Translations under genes and position numbers: made by a program | Origin: Clostridia bacterium | GTDB taxonomy: Bacteria > Bacillota > Clostridia > JAAYHZ01 | DNA length: 64,000 nt | Direction of reading: 5' to 3' | Assembly (NCBI GenBank): GCA_050950825.1 | Contig: JBMNIH010000002.1 | Span: 480,001 to 544,000, forward strand | The notes under the pieces: model-generated | Told to the model about the DNA's origin: nothing | What the model saw: the letters and a program-made list of their open reading frames with translations, nothing else | The model's database searches: none | Shown: positions 26,787 through 36,141 of the stretch, piece after piece | Layout: each line of letters opens with the position of its first letter | How positions within the stretch are numbered: position 1 is the stretch's first letter

Positions 26787-27599
26787 ATGAAATATTTAAA
26801 CGAACAGGACATAGCCTACATTGAGAATTTGGCAATGAAAGCTTGCCAAGCCATCATGGAGGTTTACGTTACGGATTTCGATGTGGAAATAAAAAAGGAC
26901 CAAAGTCCTTTGACATTGGCCGATAAAAAATCCAATGAGATTATTACGAAAGGATTGGCTCTTCGTTTTCCCGACTACGCCATTTTGGCCGAGGAATCGA
27001 AGGACGATTTCATTAGGCTTCAAAACGACTATTGCTTTATTGTCGATCCCTTGGACGGTACAAAGGAGTTTATTAAAAGAAACGGAGAATTTACCGTAAA
27101 CATCGCCTTGGCCTACCGTCATAAAGCGGTATTCGGAATGGTTGCGGTTCCCGTGACAAACGAGGTGTATATCGCGCAAAAAGGAGAAGGAGCCTATTAC
27201 AAAAAAGACGGAAGGATGGAAAGGCTTCGGGTATCGAACAGAAGATCCGAGCTGGTGATGGTAGCCAGCCGGTCCCATCCGTCGGAAGAGTTGACCAAGG
27301 TTATGGAGCTTAATCAAGAGAAAATAGGCGGTACCGTCAATGTGGGAAGCTCCTTAAAAGGCTGCATGATTGCTCGAGGAATCGCCGATATTTATTACCG
27401 TTTCGGTCTCACGTCGGAATGGGATACGGCGGCCATGCAGTGTATCGTGGAAGAAGCCGGCGCGATATTTAAAAACATGGACGATACCGATATGACGTAC
27501 AACCGCGAAGACGTCTTAAACCGAAAAGGCTTTTACATCCTCAACGATCCTGCGAATAAGCTGTTGCTTCCGAACAAGGCGAAGGATGGAAATATATAA
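26787..27599 (+). CDS. cysQ: 3'(2'),5'-bisphosphate nucleotidase (PAP phosphatase)
   Basis: SPLTLAD, VDPLDGTKEF, SRSH, GSSLK and EWDTAA motifs. Confidence 0.92.
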   Translation: MKYLNEQDIAYIENLAMKACQAIMEVYVTDFDVEIKKDQSPLTLADKKSNEIITKGLALRFPDYAILAEESKDDFIRLQNDYCFIVDPLDGTKEFIKRNGEFTVNIALAYRHKAVFGMVAVPVTNEVYIAQKGEGAYYKKDGRMERLRVSNRRSELVMVASRSHPSEELTKVMELNQEKIGGTVNVGSSLKGCMIARGIADIYYRFGLTSEWDTAAMQCIVEEAGAIFKNMDDTDMTYNREDVLNRKGFYILNDPANKLLLPNKAKDGNI

Positions 27600-27612
27600 A
27601 ACAAAAAATGTA

Positions 27613-27652
27613 CAAAAAAACATTCGGCTTTTTTATGACCGAATGTTTTTTA
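27613..27652. terminator. Bidirectional terminator between cysQ and the convergent sulfatase
   Basis: AAAAAAACATTCGG-ctttttatga-CCGAATGTTTTTT. Confidence 0.8.
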
Positions 27653-27661
27653 TTGACCGAT

Positions 27662-28972
27662 TTATTGATTTTTAACGGCTTCTTTAAACAATGTTCGCAT
27701 TTTTTCAAGAACGGTTTGGTAATAAGGGTCCAATGCGTCGTTACACATTTCCCAAGGACTTCTGTTTAAATCATACAGCTGCTCACGGTTTGCTCCGTCA
27801 AAGTACAGAACGTATTTATAATCCGGCGTAACGACGGCATCGCCGATCTCGCTCTCAACTTTAAGATATTCTCTTTTTTCAATGTCTTTTCCGTCAAGAA
27901 GAGGTTTTAAACTCATTCCTTTTAGATTTTTGGGAACCTCCACACCGGCATAGTCACATATGGTAGGATATATATCCAAACCGTTAGACACTAAATCGTT
28001 GCACACACCTACCCTTTTTGCATTGGGATCGGATATGACAAAGGGAATTCTCATGGCTTCTTCGTAAAGCGCCGATTTGTGTTCCATTTTATGAGAGGCA
28101 TCCATATCCCCGTGGTCGCCGGTGAAAAGAATTACGGTATTTTTTTCGATGCCCTTTTCCTGCAAGGCTTTTATTAACACACCGATTTGGCTGTCCACCG
28201 CTTCGGTGAGCTTTGCATAAACGTATCGGTGCATCCGCCACTGTTCGTCGGTATAGGTTGTGCGAGCCATGTATCGGAAATATCTTTGTTTTAAAAGCCT
28301 TTCGATCATTTCCGGCTCGTCGTTTTGAGGCAGGTAATTATCCGGCAGAGGAGGACAAATATCCGTATAGAAGATATCCTCGCCGATTTCGTCCTTATGG
28401 CTTTTGATCTGTTCGATTCGCTCGTATTCTTGCCCCGGAGGAAGGAAAGATTTCTTTTCCTCTCCCATATGATCGATGAAGTCATAGATAGCCATGTAGC
28501 ATATATCGTGGGGATTTAAAAACGATGCAACCATAAAGAAGGGTTTTTCGCTGTTTAGAATGTAGTCACGGCAAGTATCCGCCGTTTTGTCTCGACCCTC
28601 GGAGGAAATGACGTTAAAGCCCAAATCGGTAACGCGGATCCCCCTTAGTCCGTCCTTCCCTGCGTAAACCGTATCATAGCCTCCTTCTTCTCTCAGCTTT
28701 TTCGCAATCCCGTTATCCAAGATGTCGGATGTGATCCGAATATTTCTATCATAATCACTTCTGAAATTGACCTCTCCGGGCATTTTTCCCGTCAGGATTC
28801 CGAATCGAGAAGGCGCGCAAACGGGATTCGAACAGTATGCATTTTGAAAACGCAAACCGTTCTTTGCCAGATAATCCATATGGGGCGTTCTTAAATATTT
28901 ATTACCCGCACAGCTCATCATGTCCCATCGCTGTTGATCGGTGATTATTAATACGATATTCGGCCGTTCCAT
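27662..28972 (-). CDS. Formylglycine-dependent sulfatase (Cys-type)
   Basis: PNIVLIITDQQR, CAPSR, GDHG, EQLYDL..PWE. Confidence 0.92.
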   Translation of the reverse strand: MERPNIVLIITDQQRWDMMSCAGNKYLRTPHMDYLAKNGLRFQNAYCSNPVCAPSRFGILTGKMPGEVNFRSDYDRNIRITSDILDNGIAKKLREEGGYDTVYAGKDGLRGIRVTDLGFNVISSEGRDKTADTCRDYILNSEKPFFMVASFLNPHDICYMAIYDFIDHMGEEKKSFLPPGQEYERIEQIKSHKDEIGEDIFYTDICPPLPDNYLPQNDEPEMIERLLKQRYFRYMARTTYTDEQWRMHRYVYAKLTEAVDSQIGVLIKALQEKGIEKNTVILFTGDHGDMDASHKMEHKSALYEEAMRIPFVISDPNAKRVGVCNDLVSNGLDIYPTICDYAGVEVPKNLKGMSLKPLLDGKDIEKREYLKVESEIGDAVVTPDYKYVLYFDGANREQLYDLNRSPWEMCNDALDPYYQTVLEKMRTLFKEAVKNQ

Positions 28973-29061
28973 TCTATACACTCCTTGTATATACACGTAT
29001 TTCCCTCATTCGGTTTATGCTACTCTTTTCCGGGTTCACTCCTATTTATAGAGTGACCGAT

Positions 29062-29090
29062 ATTATATCACTCCATACCCTTAATGTAAA
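29062..29090 (-). promoter_or_regulatory. sigmaA promoter of the sulfatase
   Basis: TTTACA-17bp-TATAAT with extended TG. Confidence 0.65.
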
Positions 29091-29115
29091 GTGAACCCAA
29101 AGCGGCTTTTACGAT

Positions 29116-30306
29116 TTATACCGGCATTTTTTGAAGCCTTCGAATCTCTTCTGTCATGGATAGTCCGACATCCTTTTTGCCGTCGGCAAGCATTTTCAAA
29201 AACACGGTCATCAACTCGTTATGGGCTTCGCAGGTATACAAGTTGCGAAGAGGAAGAAGAGGATGCCCCGTCGGAAACTCGGATTCATCAAAGAACTCCG
29301 GTTTATACTGCAAATGCTTGGCATGGGGGATACCGGATATGATACACCAACCCATGAAGAATCGCATTAGAAGCTCTTCGTCTTTTATCGGTTCGGAGAT
29401 TTTTTGAATATACGAAAGCATGGCTTCCTTCTCTTCGTTCTCAAAGGGCGTTATCAAGGTGCATTCGGGATTAAACCGGTATGGATAAATTTCCAAGCTT
29501 GCCGATTTCCCTTTTTTAAACGTAAGATACGGTAGGTATCCGTAATACCAAGGATCTTGGAGGTCCTTTGAGCTTGATTTGGAAAACAAGAAATTTCCCG
29601 TGCTGTACACAATCGGCACGTTGTTGTAGATTTCATACCCTTGTATGCAGTGGGGATGCATTCCGATGACGGCATCCGCTCCAAGGTCCGCAAAGGTTCG
29701 GTAGCGAGATACAACCCTCGGACTCGGAACGGGATTGTATTCGTTTCCTCCGTGCATGATTGTCAACACAAAGTCGGCTTTCTCCTTCGCTTCTTTTATG
29801 GCTTTATTTACACGAAATATATCAAAACCGGCCGTTCCGGCTTTATCAAGCTCTGCGATGCCGAATTCGTTTTCACATAAGGCTACAATCCCCAATTTAC
29901 ATCCGTTTGCTTCGAGAAACAAAGGCTTGTAGCTTTCGTCGATGTTCTTTCCTGCACCTACGTACTTGATTTTGGCTTCATCCAAGGATCGGAGGGTGGA
30001 ATAAACTCCTTCTTCGCCGTAGTCTCCTACGTGGTTGTTTGCAAGGATCGCACAATCAAAGCGTCCTGCTTTTAAGAATACCAAATTCTTCGGATGCATT
30101 TTCAAAGGCGGTCCGGATTTGTGAATCGGTGTTCCCTCCTCTATTACCGCATTTTCCAGGTTGATCAAACGAAAATCCGCTCGAGCCAAAATTGGCTGCA
30201 CCAAGCGCAAAGCTTCTTTCGAATACGTATCGTCTACAACGTCCGTCAAATTCCGCATGCAAAGGTCTCCCGCAACGGAAACGCGAAGTATCCTTTCCTT
30301 TGTCAT
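29116..30306 (-). CDS. CapA family metallophosphoesterase-fold protein
   Basis: AGD, NLE, LANNHVGDYG, HGGNE, GMHPH and YSTGNF motifs; no signal peptide. Confidence 0.9.
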   Translation of the reverse strand: MTKERILRVSVAGDLCMRNLTDVVDDTYSKEALRLVQPILARADFRLINLENAVIEEGTPIHKSGPPLKMHPKNLVFLKAGRFDCAILANNHVGDYGEEGVYSTLRSLDEAKIKYVGAGKNIDESYKPLFLEANGCKLGIVALCENEFGIAELDKAGTAGFDIFRVNKAIKEAKEKADFVLTIMHGGNEYNPVPSPRVVSRYRTFADLGADAVIGMHPHCIQGYEIYNNVPIVYSTGNFLFSKSSSKDLQDPWYYGYLPYLTFKKGKSASLEIYPYRFNPECTLITPFENEEKEAMLSYIQKISEPIKDEELLMRFFMGWCIISGIPHAKHLQYKPEFFDESEFPTGHPLLPLRNLYTCEAHNELMTVFLKMLADGKKDVGLSMTEEIRRLQKMPV

Positions 30307-30358
30307 TCTATCGCCTCCCTTAAAATGTTAAGAAAATGTTAAGAACCGTCCCCTTCAT

Positions 30359-32038
30359 TTATTCGATAATCGGCTGCAGTTTATCCTCCAAATATGATTT
30401 CATTTTATAATAGTCCGTAAGACTCTTTAAATCGGCCTTGATTTCATCGGCGGTAAAACCGGATTCGGGATCGGTAAGCATCCGGCTTATCGCTTCCCTC
30501 AGATACTCTCCTCGATCTTGAAAGCCTGCTTCTTTTAGTATCGAATAATACAGATCCAATTTTTCAAGAGAATGACGGGATTCCAAATACCGGTACAAAG
30601 GAGGCTGTACGGCTTTTTCCGTAAATTTGACATACTCCTCGGTTAAGTCGAAGGTTTTGTTGTCAATATATTTATCGGAGAAGTTGGCAATTAAGTTGCA
30701 AAACGAATACATCGGGAAGCTGTCCGGAAAAAACGAAAGCCTGCCGTTTACATCAAATTGATAGTTCGGAAACGTCCCCTTGTCCGTCCCGTATGTCAGA
30801 TATTCCGCCATAAGCTCATCGGTGAACAGCCAATTGACAAAAACCAACGCCTTCTCCGGCTGTGTGCTTGTATAGGGGACGGGAATCAGTAAAATGCCGT
30901 TAATCGTATCTACAAACACCTGATCGTTATCAAACAAAAACAGGGTATCTTGACGGATGGAATCGGCTTTTCCTTCCAAGCTGTACAAAAGGTTGTAATA
31001 CGTATTGGAGAATACCTCCGCCGTCAATCGAATATTCGCATTGAGCTTCTTTTGCATGTAGTTCAGTCTATGATCCTCCGTATCAATACCTGTTCCCGAT
31101 TCGGAAGTAAAATAGGATCTTTTGAAAAAGGGCTCGAATTTTTCAAAAAAAAGATTGAGAATCTCCGTATCTTCGATGAAGTACGGCTTGCAATCGGGGT
31201 CGTCCGCTTTAAAAACCACCTGCAAGCCGGAAAAAGATTTCAATACCGTTGTCAAAGGATAGTATCCGGCTTCAAACACCGCATATTCCAACAAAGTGTA
31301 CGGTTTAACATGGATACGATTATCCTCGTTCAATCCTCCGTCTTGATCCATTGCTTCCATAAAAGTATACAATTCGTCGAAGCTTCGTATACTTGAGGTA
31401 TTGTAACCGGACAAAAGCTCGGTTTTCACCTGCAGCACCAAAGCGGATACGTCCGGAGCTCCGGCATAGAGGGCATAAACCTTATCGTTTTTTGTAACCA
31501 TGTCCATTATAAAGTCGTACTTTTGCATGTTATGAAATACATCGGGACAATAAGTACGAAGATAAGGTGTCAGATCTTTGTAATAACCTTTTTCAATAAA
31601 TTCTTCGATCCAAAAATGAAAGGAATCGGTACCCCAAAAGGGGTTGATTTTACCGGGGAATATGAGGTCGGCTATTTCACCGGAATCCAAAAACACCCGG
31701 TAATCGTTATGGTCAAATTGACCGGCTTGTCTTTTTATGGAGAAAAATTCAACGGGAAAGCCGAACTTTTTCTCGCACTCCTCGCTGATCTGTTTTTGAA
31801 GATTGGACAATCGAATCTTTATATATACGGAATTATCATTGTAGGTTACATTGTATCCCAAATCGGAGTGAAGAAGGATCTTTAGAGGGATGTTGTCGAA
31901 AAACGTTTCTCCTTCATCGAAGAAGGACTTCGAGGTATCAAAGCTTTCTACCCGACGGTCCGCCTCGCAAGAAGCAAAAGCCGAAAGCAAAGTTACAACG
32001 AGTATGTACAGACTGATGCGATATATCTTATTCATCAT
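30359..32038 (-). CDS. Putative extracellular solute-binding lipoprotein
   Basis: Lipobox-like FASC; SGEIADL, DLTPYL..Y.P, PEKALVFVNWL, LTYG are features of carbohydrate-binding proteins. Confidence 0.6.
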   Translation of the reverse strand: MMNKIYRISLYILVVTLLSAFASCEADRRVESFDTSKSFFDEGETFFDNIPLKILLHSDLGYNVTYNDNSVYIKIRLSNLQKQISEECEKKFGFPVEFFSIKRQAGQFDHNDYRVFLDSGEIADLIFPGKINPFWGTDSFHFWIEEFIEKGYYKDLTPYLRTYCPDVFHNMQKYDFIMDMVTKNDKVYALYAGAPDVSALVLQVKTELLSGYNTSSIRSFDELYTFMEAMDQDGGLNEDNRIHVKPYTLLEYAVFEAGYYPLTTVLKSFSGLQVVFKADDPDCKPYFIEDTEILNLFFEKFEPFFKRSYFTSESGTGIDTEDHRLNYMQKKLNANIRLTAEVFSNTYYNLLYSLEGKADSIRQDTLFLFDNDQVFVDTINGILLIPVPYTSTQPEKALVFVNWLFTDELMAEYLTYGTDKGTFPNYQFDVNGRLSFFPDSFPMYSFCNLIANFSDKYIDNKTFDLTEEYVKFTEKAVQPPLYRYLESRHSLEKLDLYYSILKEAGFQDRGEYLREAISRMLTDPESGFTADEIKADLKSLTDYYKMKSYLEDKLQPIIE

Positions 32039-32119
32039 TTAAAATCTCCCGTTTTATGTAATGACCGGTATTTTTATCATACCATAACATAAACGAAAAA
32101 GGAACGGAAAGGAAAAAGG

Positions 32120-32158
32120 AGGGGGACGGTTCTCCATTATGTTGAGAACCGTCCCCCT
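32120..32158. repeat. REP-like perfect palindrome, also usable as terminator of the L,D-transpeptidase gene
   Basis: AGGGGGACGGTTCTC-9nt-GAGAACCGTCCCCCT; a half copy lies at 30342-30356. Confidence 0.7.
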
Positions 32159-32162
32159 TCCT

Positions 32163-32873
32163 TCATTCAAACTCTCGAAACCCCATTTTTTCCAGCATTG
32201 ATCGAGTGATAATATTCGATACCAAAAGGCCGTGGTCCTTTTGAAATTCAAAAACGGCTTTTTTCATCCTTTCACCGTAAATTCCGTCCGGTTTTCCGCA
32301 GTCATAACCCAGCCGGTTCAATTGTCTTTGCACTGCAAAAACATCGGCACCTCGGTCCCCCGGCTTGATATTCCGAAATCCTTTCCCGAAGACCCCGAAC
32401 TCGCCGTTGACAATAAGGACCTCGGTTCCGTAAGAAACCAGTCGATAAAGCTCCGCAATGTCCCGGTTCTGCATTCGGATACAGCCGTGGCTGGAATTTC
32501 TGCCAATGGACGTAGGCTTCAAAGTACCGTGCAGCCCGTACATGCCCCAAGGTACGTTCAAACCCAGCCAATAGCCGCCAAAGCCCTCTCCCCATCTTGC
32601 CTTGTTAACGATTTTCCAAAGGCCGATGGGTGACGGCGTATCTTTTTTCCCGCAAGCCACGGTATATTTTTTTATCGCCTTCCCTTCATGAAACAAATAC
32701 AATGTGTGGGTTTCACAATCCACCATAATCATGTATTTCATACCGGGCTTAAGCTTTTCGCTCGTTTCGGGGATCTCGTATGTCGCCGTCCCGGAGGCCG
32801 ACATACCGGAAACCGTCAAAAAACATAACAAAGCAAATACGGTTAATGTTTTTCTGTTAAACTTCCAAACCAT
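32163..32873 (-). CDS. L,D-transpeptidase (YkuD) with C-terminal peptidoglycan-binding domain
   Basis: YGLHGT...SHGCIRM; VQRQLNRLGY...DGIYG...AVFEFQ. Confidence 0.9.
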   Translation of the reverse strand: MVWKFNRKTLTVFALLCFLTVSGMSASGTATYEIPETSEKLKPGMKYMIMVDCETHTLYLFHEGKAIKKYTVACGKKDTPSPIGLWKIVNKARWGEGFGGYWLGLNVPWGMYGLHGTLKPTSIGRNSSHGCIRMQNRDIAELYRLVSYGTEVLIVNGEFGVFGKGFRNIKPGDRGADVFAVQRQLNRLGYDCGKPDGIYGERMKKAVFEFQKDHGLLVSNIITRSMLEKMGFREFE

Positions 32874-32925
32874 AAAATCCTAAGTCCGTCTAAAGTCGTT
32901 TTCTAATATTTTGCGCTTGAACGAT

Positions 32926-34146
32926 TTATATATGTACGGTACTTTTGTCCTTTGATTTTTTTTGAACGCGATTGGAGTTCACATTTTCCTTTAAACACGA
33001 ACCGAATCCGAAAAACAACATGGAAATCCATACGAAAAGCAGCAATCCTTCCGTAATAAAAGGTGCGACAGGATGAATATTGTACAGGAAGGCACCGGGA
33101 TAAGCGGCAATACCGATCAATGTGTTGCGAAGAGAAACAAAAATAGACAACACCAGTCCCTTGTTACCGGCTTTCAAACGCTGAATCAAAACACCTTGAA
33201 CAAAATACAGCATGGCGCGATTGACGCCTCTTGAAAATAGTCCTGCGTAAACGATATAAGGATTTCGGTTTACCGTTACCGCCGTTATACCGATCCAGAA
33301 CAATAGGATTCCGAATAAAACGATATAGACGGGTTTGTATTTTGATGTATTTTTTCCGAACAGCCATGTGAATAACGAAGCGCCTATGAACAAGCATGTG
33401 AAAGCCGTTCCGATCATTTGAACGGACATATGATGATGTTCCGACAAGAAGACGGAAACATAAGGCTCGGAGATGTTCATACAAAACAGTATGAATGCAA
33501 AATAAAGCATATCGTACAATGTTCTGTCTTTTTTAATATCAAGAAATGTTTCCTTAAAGCCGTTTCCTTTTTTTTCGGGTACCGCCTCCGGCGTTTGTTT
33601 GGACATTAATAAAATGCATAACGTAGACAATAGGTACGCAACAAAAACCGATAGAAATAAAGTTTTCATATCGTATCGAGCCAAAATGGCGGCTCCGACC
33701 GAAGGAGCCAGAATAGCCCCTGCGATTCCCCCGGCGTTTATCAAAGAGTACGGAACCATTTTATCGTAAGAAGCCTTATAATCAAACACATACAACGAAA
33801 AAGCCGGTATGCAAACGGCGGTCAAGGAGTACAAGACTTGCCCTACCAAGAGCAACTCCCACCGATCGGCAAAAGCCCAAATCAAGGGGGCCGGTACCGT
33901 TATCGCCCACCCGAACAAGAGCAACCCCTTTCGATCCATACGGTCCGCCAAATAGCCTCCTAAAATGGCGAACAACCCCATAAAATAAGGAACGGAAGAA
34001 AGGAGGCTGATGACGAGCTTGGAGCCTCCTAATTCCTCAATATACAACGGAAAATATCCGATATACATGCTTTGACCAAAGGGCCAAAACATATTGGCTA
34101 ACGCCAAAAAAGTCACGTCCAAATGGAACCGACTCGGTCTTTTCAA
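32926..34146 (-). CDS. MFS transporter
   Basis: About 12 TMs; GYLADRMDRK motif A. Confidence 0.85.
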   Translation of the reverse strand: MKRPSRFHLDVTFLALANMFWPFGQSMYIGYFPLYIEELGGSKLVISLLSSVPYFMGLFAILGGYLADRMDRKGLLLFGWAITVPAPLIWAFADRWELLLVGQVLYSLTAVCIPAFSLYVFDYKASYDKMVPYSLINAGGIAGAILAPSVGAAILARYDMKTLFLSVFVAYLLSTLCILLMSKQTPEAVPEKKGNGFKETFLDIKKDRTLYDMLYFAFILFCMNISEPYVSVFLSEHHHMSVQMIGTAFTCLFIGASLFTWLFGKNTSKYKPVYIVLFGILLFWIGITAVTVNRNPYIVYAGLFSRGVNRAMLYFVQGVLIQRLKAGNKGLVLSIFVSLRNTLIGIAAYPGAFLYNIHPVAPFITEGLLLFVWISMLFFGFGSCLKENVNSNRVQKKSKDKSTVHI

Positions 34147-34186
34147 TCGAATTTTTATACTTATCCCCGCTTTCTCTTCCTGCCTT

Positions 34187-35527
34187 TTACTCGTACCATT
34201 CGCTCTCTTTTAATGTCTTTTGTCCCGACGGTACCTCCGGTGCCGGAACTATGGTAACAAAGTCCTCTCCGACTTGCTGCAATCTTTTGTACAAACGATT
34301 TCTCATAATTTCGCTGACCTTCGCATGGGATTTATACCCTACAAGATTGTTCAACTCCCAGGGGTCGGCTTTCAAATCGTACAATTCCCACTCGATGTAT
34401 TCCGTCGGTCTTTCCGTTTTCGGAGCATCTACTTCCGCTTTCACAATGTACTTCCATCTTTTGGTACGTACACAGCGATAGCGCAATCTTCCGTCGCAGG
34501 CTTCCGCATAAATATCCTCTTGCCAATCGACATTTGTTTTGTTGACTAAAGACATAATGGAGCGACCTTCCATGGATGCAGGAATGTCAATGCCGCAAGC
34601 ATCCAAAAGCGTGGGCGGCACGTCAATCAAGCTTACCGGTTCCTTGATTCTTCCTCCCCCCGTAAACCCGGGACCGGTAAAGGCCATAGGAATATGCAGG
34701 GAAGAATCGTGGCAGCTTCGTTTGTATTCGCTGTTTCGCGTTTTAAAATGACAGCTGTGGTCGGCGGTATACGCCAATATGGTTTGATCCTTTAAATTCA
34801 AGCTGAGCAATGCATCTTGAAGGCGTCCTAAGGCTTCGTCCAATCGCTTGACCATGCCGTAGTAGCCGGGCAAATGCCGTGCGGAGGAGCCTCCTAGCGC
34901 CCTTAAATCCGGAGGAGTCCACGGATCTTGGTATTTTTCCTCGTACCCCGTAGGGGCGGGATAATCGTCGCGGGCGTTTTGGAAGTGGGGTTCTACGAAG
35001 GATAGGAAAAGGAAAAAGGGCTTATCCTTGTTCTCGGTGATGTATCGTATGGCGGCATCGGTTAAAGCGTCCACTCGATAACCCGGTAAAAACACTTTGT
35101 TTCCTTCGTCGTCGTACATATACACTTCATAAGCATCGGAGGTAAACTCCAAAATATTGGAAGCCAACCAATAATCATACCCGCTTCTTTTCTCCTTCGG
35201 AACCGGTTCCTCGTGGCACATATGCCACTTGCCGATATATGCCGTGGTATAGCCCGCTTGTTTGTACAAATGCCCCAAGGTTACGGCATCCTGAGGAAGC
35301 TCTCCTCCGTTGTTAAAAATATTCATTTGAGAGGCGTAAAGGCCGGTCTGCAGGCAGGCTCTTGCCGGCAAACAAACCGGCTGGCAAGTAAACCCATTGT
35401 AACAGTGGGTTCCTTCGATGGCCATTCGGTCGAAATTCGGTGTCAAGTCCATGGGATTGCCGTAAAGTCCGCTTGTATCCCATCGTTGCTGGTCGGTGAA
35501 AAATACGATTACATTGGGTTTACTCAT
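34187..35527 (-). CDS. Formylglycine-dependent sulfatase (Cys-type)
   Basis: PNVIVFFTDQQR, CLPAR, YIGKWH, ELYDL.ADPWE. Confidence 0.92.
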   Translation of the reverse strand: MSKPNVIVFFTDQQRWDTSGLYGNPMDLTPNFDRMAIEGTHCYNGFTCQPVCLPARACLQTGLYASQMNIFNNGGELPQDAVTLGHLYKQAGYTTAYIGKWHMCHEEPVPKEKRSGYDYWLASNILEFTSDAYEVYMYDDEGNKVFLPGYRVDALTDAAIRYITENKDKPFFLFLSFVEPHFQNARDDYPAPTGYEEKYQDPWTPPDLRALGGSSARHLPGYYGMVKRLDEALGRLQDALLSLNLKDQTILAYTADHSCHFKTRNSEYKRSCHDSSLHIPMAFTGPGFTGGGRIKEPVSLIDVPPTLLDACGIDIPASMEGRSIMSLVNKTNVDWQEDIYAEACDGRLRYRCVRTKRWKYIVKAEVDAPKTERPTEYIEWELYDLKADPWELNNLVGYKSHAKVSEIMRNRLYKRLQQVGEDFVTIVPAPEVPSGQKTLKESEWYE

Positions 35528-35565
35528 AACGGTTTCATTCTCTCCTTATTAATCACTCGTTCATT

Positions 35566-36108
35566 TTACACATACTGCATGCCTTTTTTCAAGGTATCGG
35601 CTTTCTCTTTCATACCTAAGGCCTCTAGAATTGCAAAGGAAAAATCCGGAGCCGTTCCGGGGCCTTTGGAGGTGACGATTCTCCCGCTTATCACCGCTTT
35701 TTCCGTCGCGATTTCCGCACCCTCCAGGTATTTTTCAAATCCCGGGTAGCATATGGCTTTCTTGCCCTTGAGCAAGCCTCGTTTTCCTAAAATCATGGGC
35801 GCCGCACAAACCGCGGCAAGTAAGATTCCTCTTTTATGCCCCTCGGCTATAATTCTGTCCACGTCCTTTGACTCATCCAGGTTTACCGTACCCGGCATTC
35901 CTCCGGGGAAAACCAAGGCGACGGCCTTGTCCAAATCCGTCTCCTTTACCGTTATATCCGCCGTAACCGTAATGCCGTGGGAGCCTTCCGTTTGAAGCTC
36001 GTCGGAAATGGATACGGATTTTACCTCCAATCCCGCGCGCCGTAAAATGTCTATAACGGTAATGGCTTCGATCTCTTCAAATCCCTTCGCTAAGAATACA
36101 TAAATCAT
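35566..36108 (-). CDS. DJ-1/PfpI (YajL/ThiJ) family protein
   Basis: GFEEIEA, PGGMPG, AVCAAP and TSKGPG motifs. Confidence 0.92.
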   Translation of the reverse strand: MIYVFLAKGFEEIEAITVIDILRRAGLEVKSVSISDELQTEGSHGITVTADITVKETDLDKAVALVFPGGMPGTVNLDESKDVDRIIAEGHKRGILLAAVCAAPMILGKRGLLKGKKAICYPGFEKYLEGAEIATEKAVISGRIVTSKGPGTAPDFSFAILEALGMKEKADTLKKGMQYV

Positions 36109-36141
36109 ACCGCTACCTCCTTTTCGATACCGTTTATGTTT

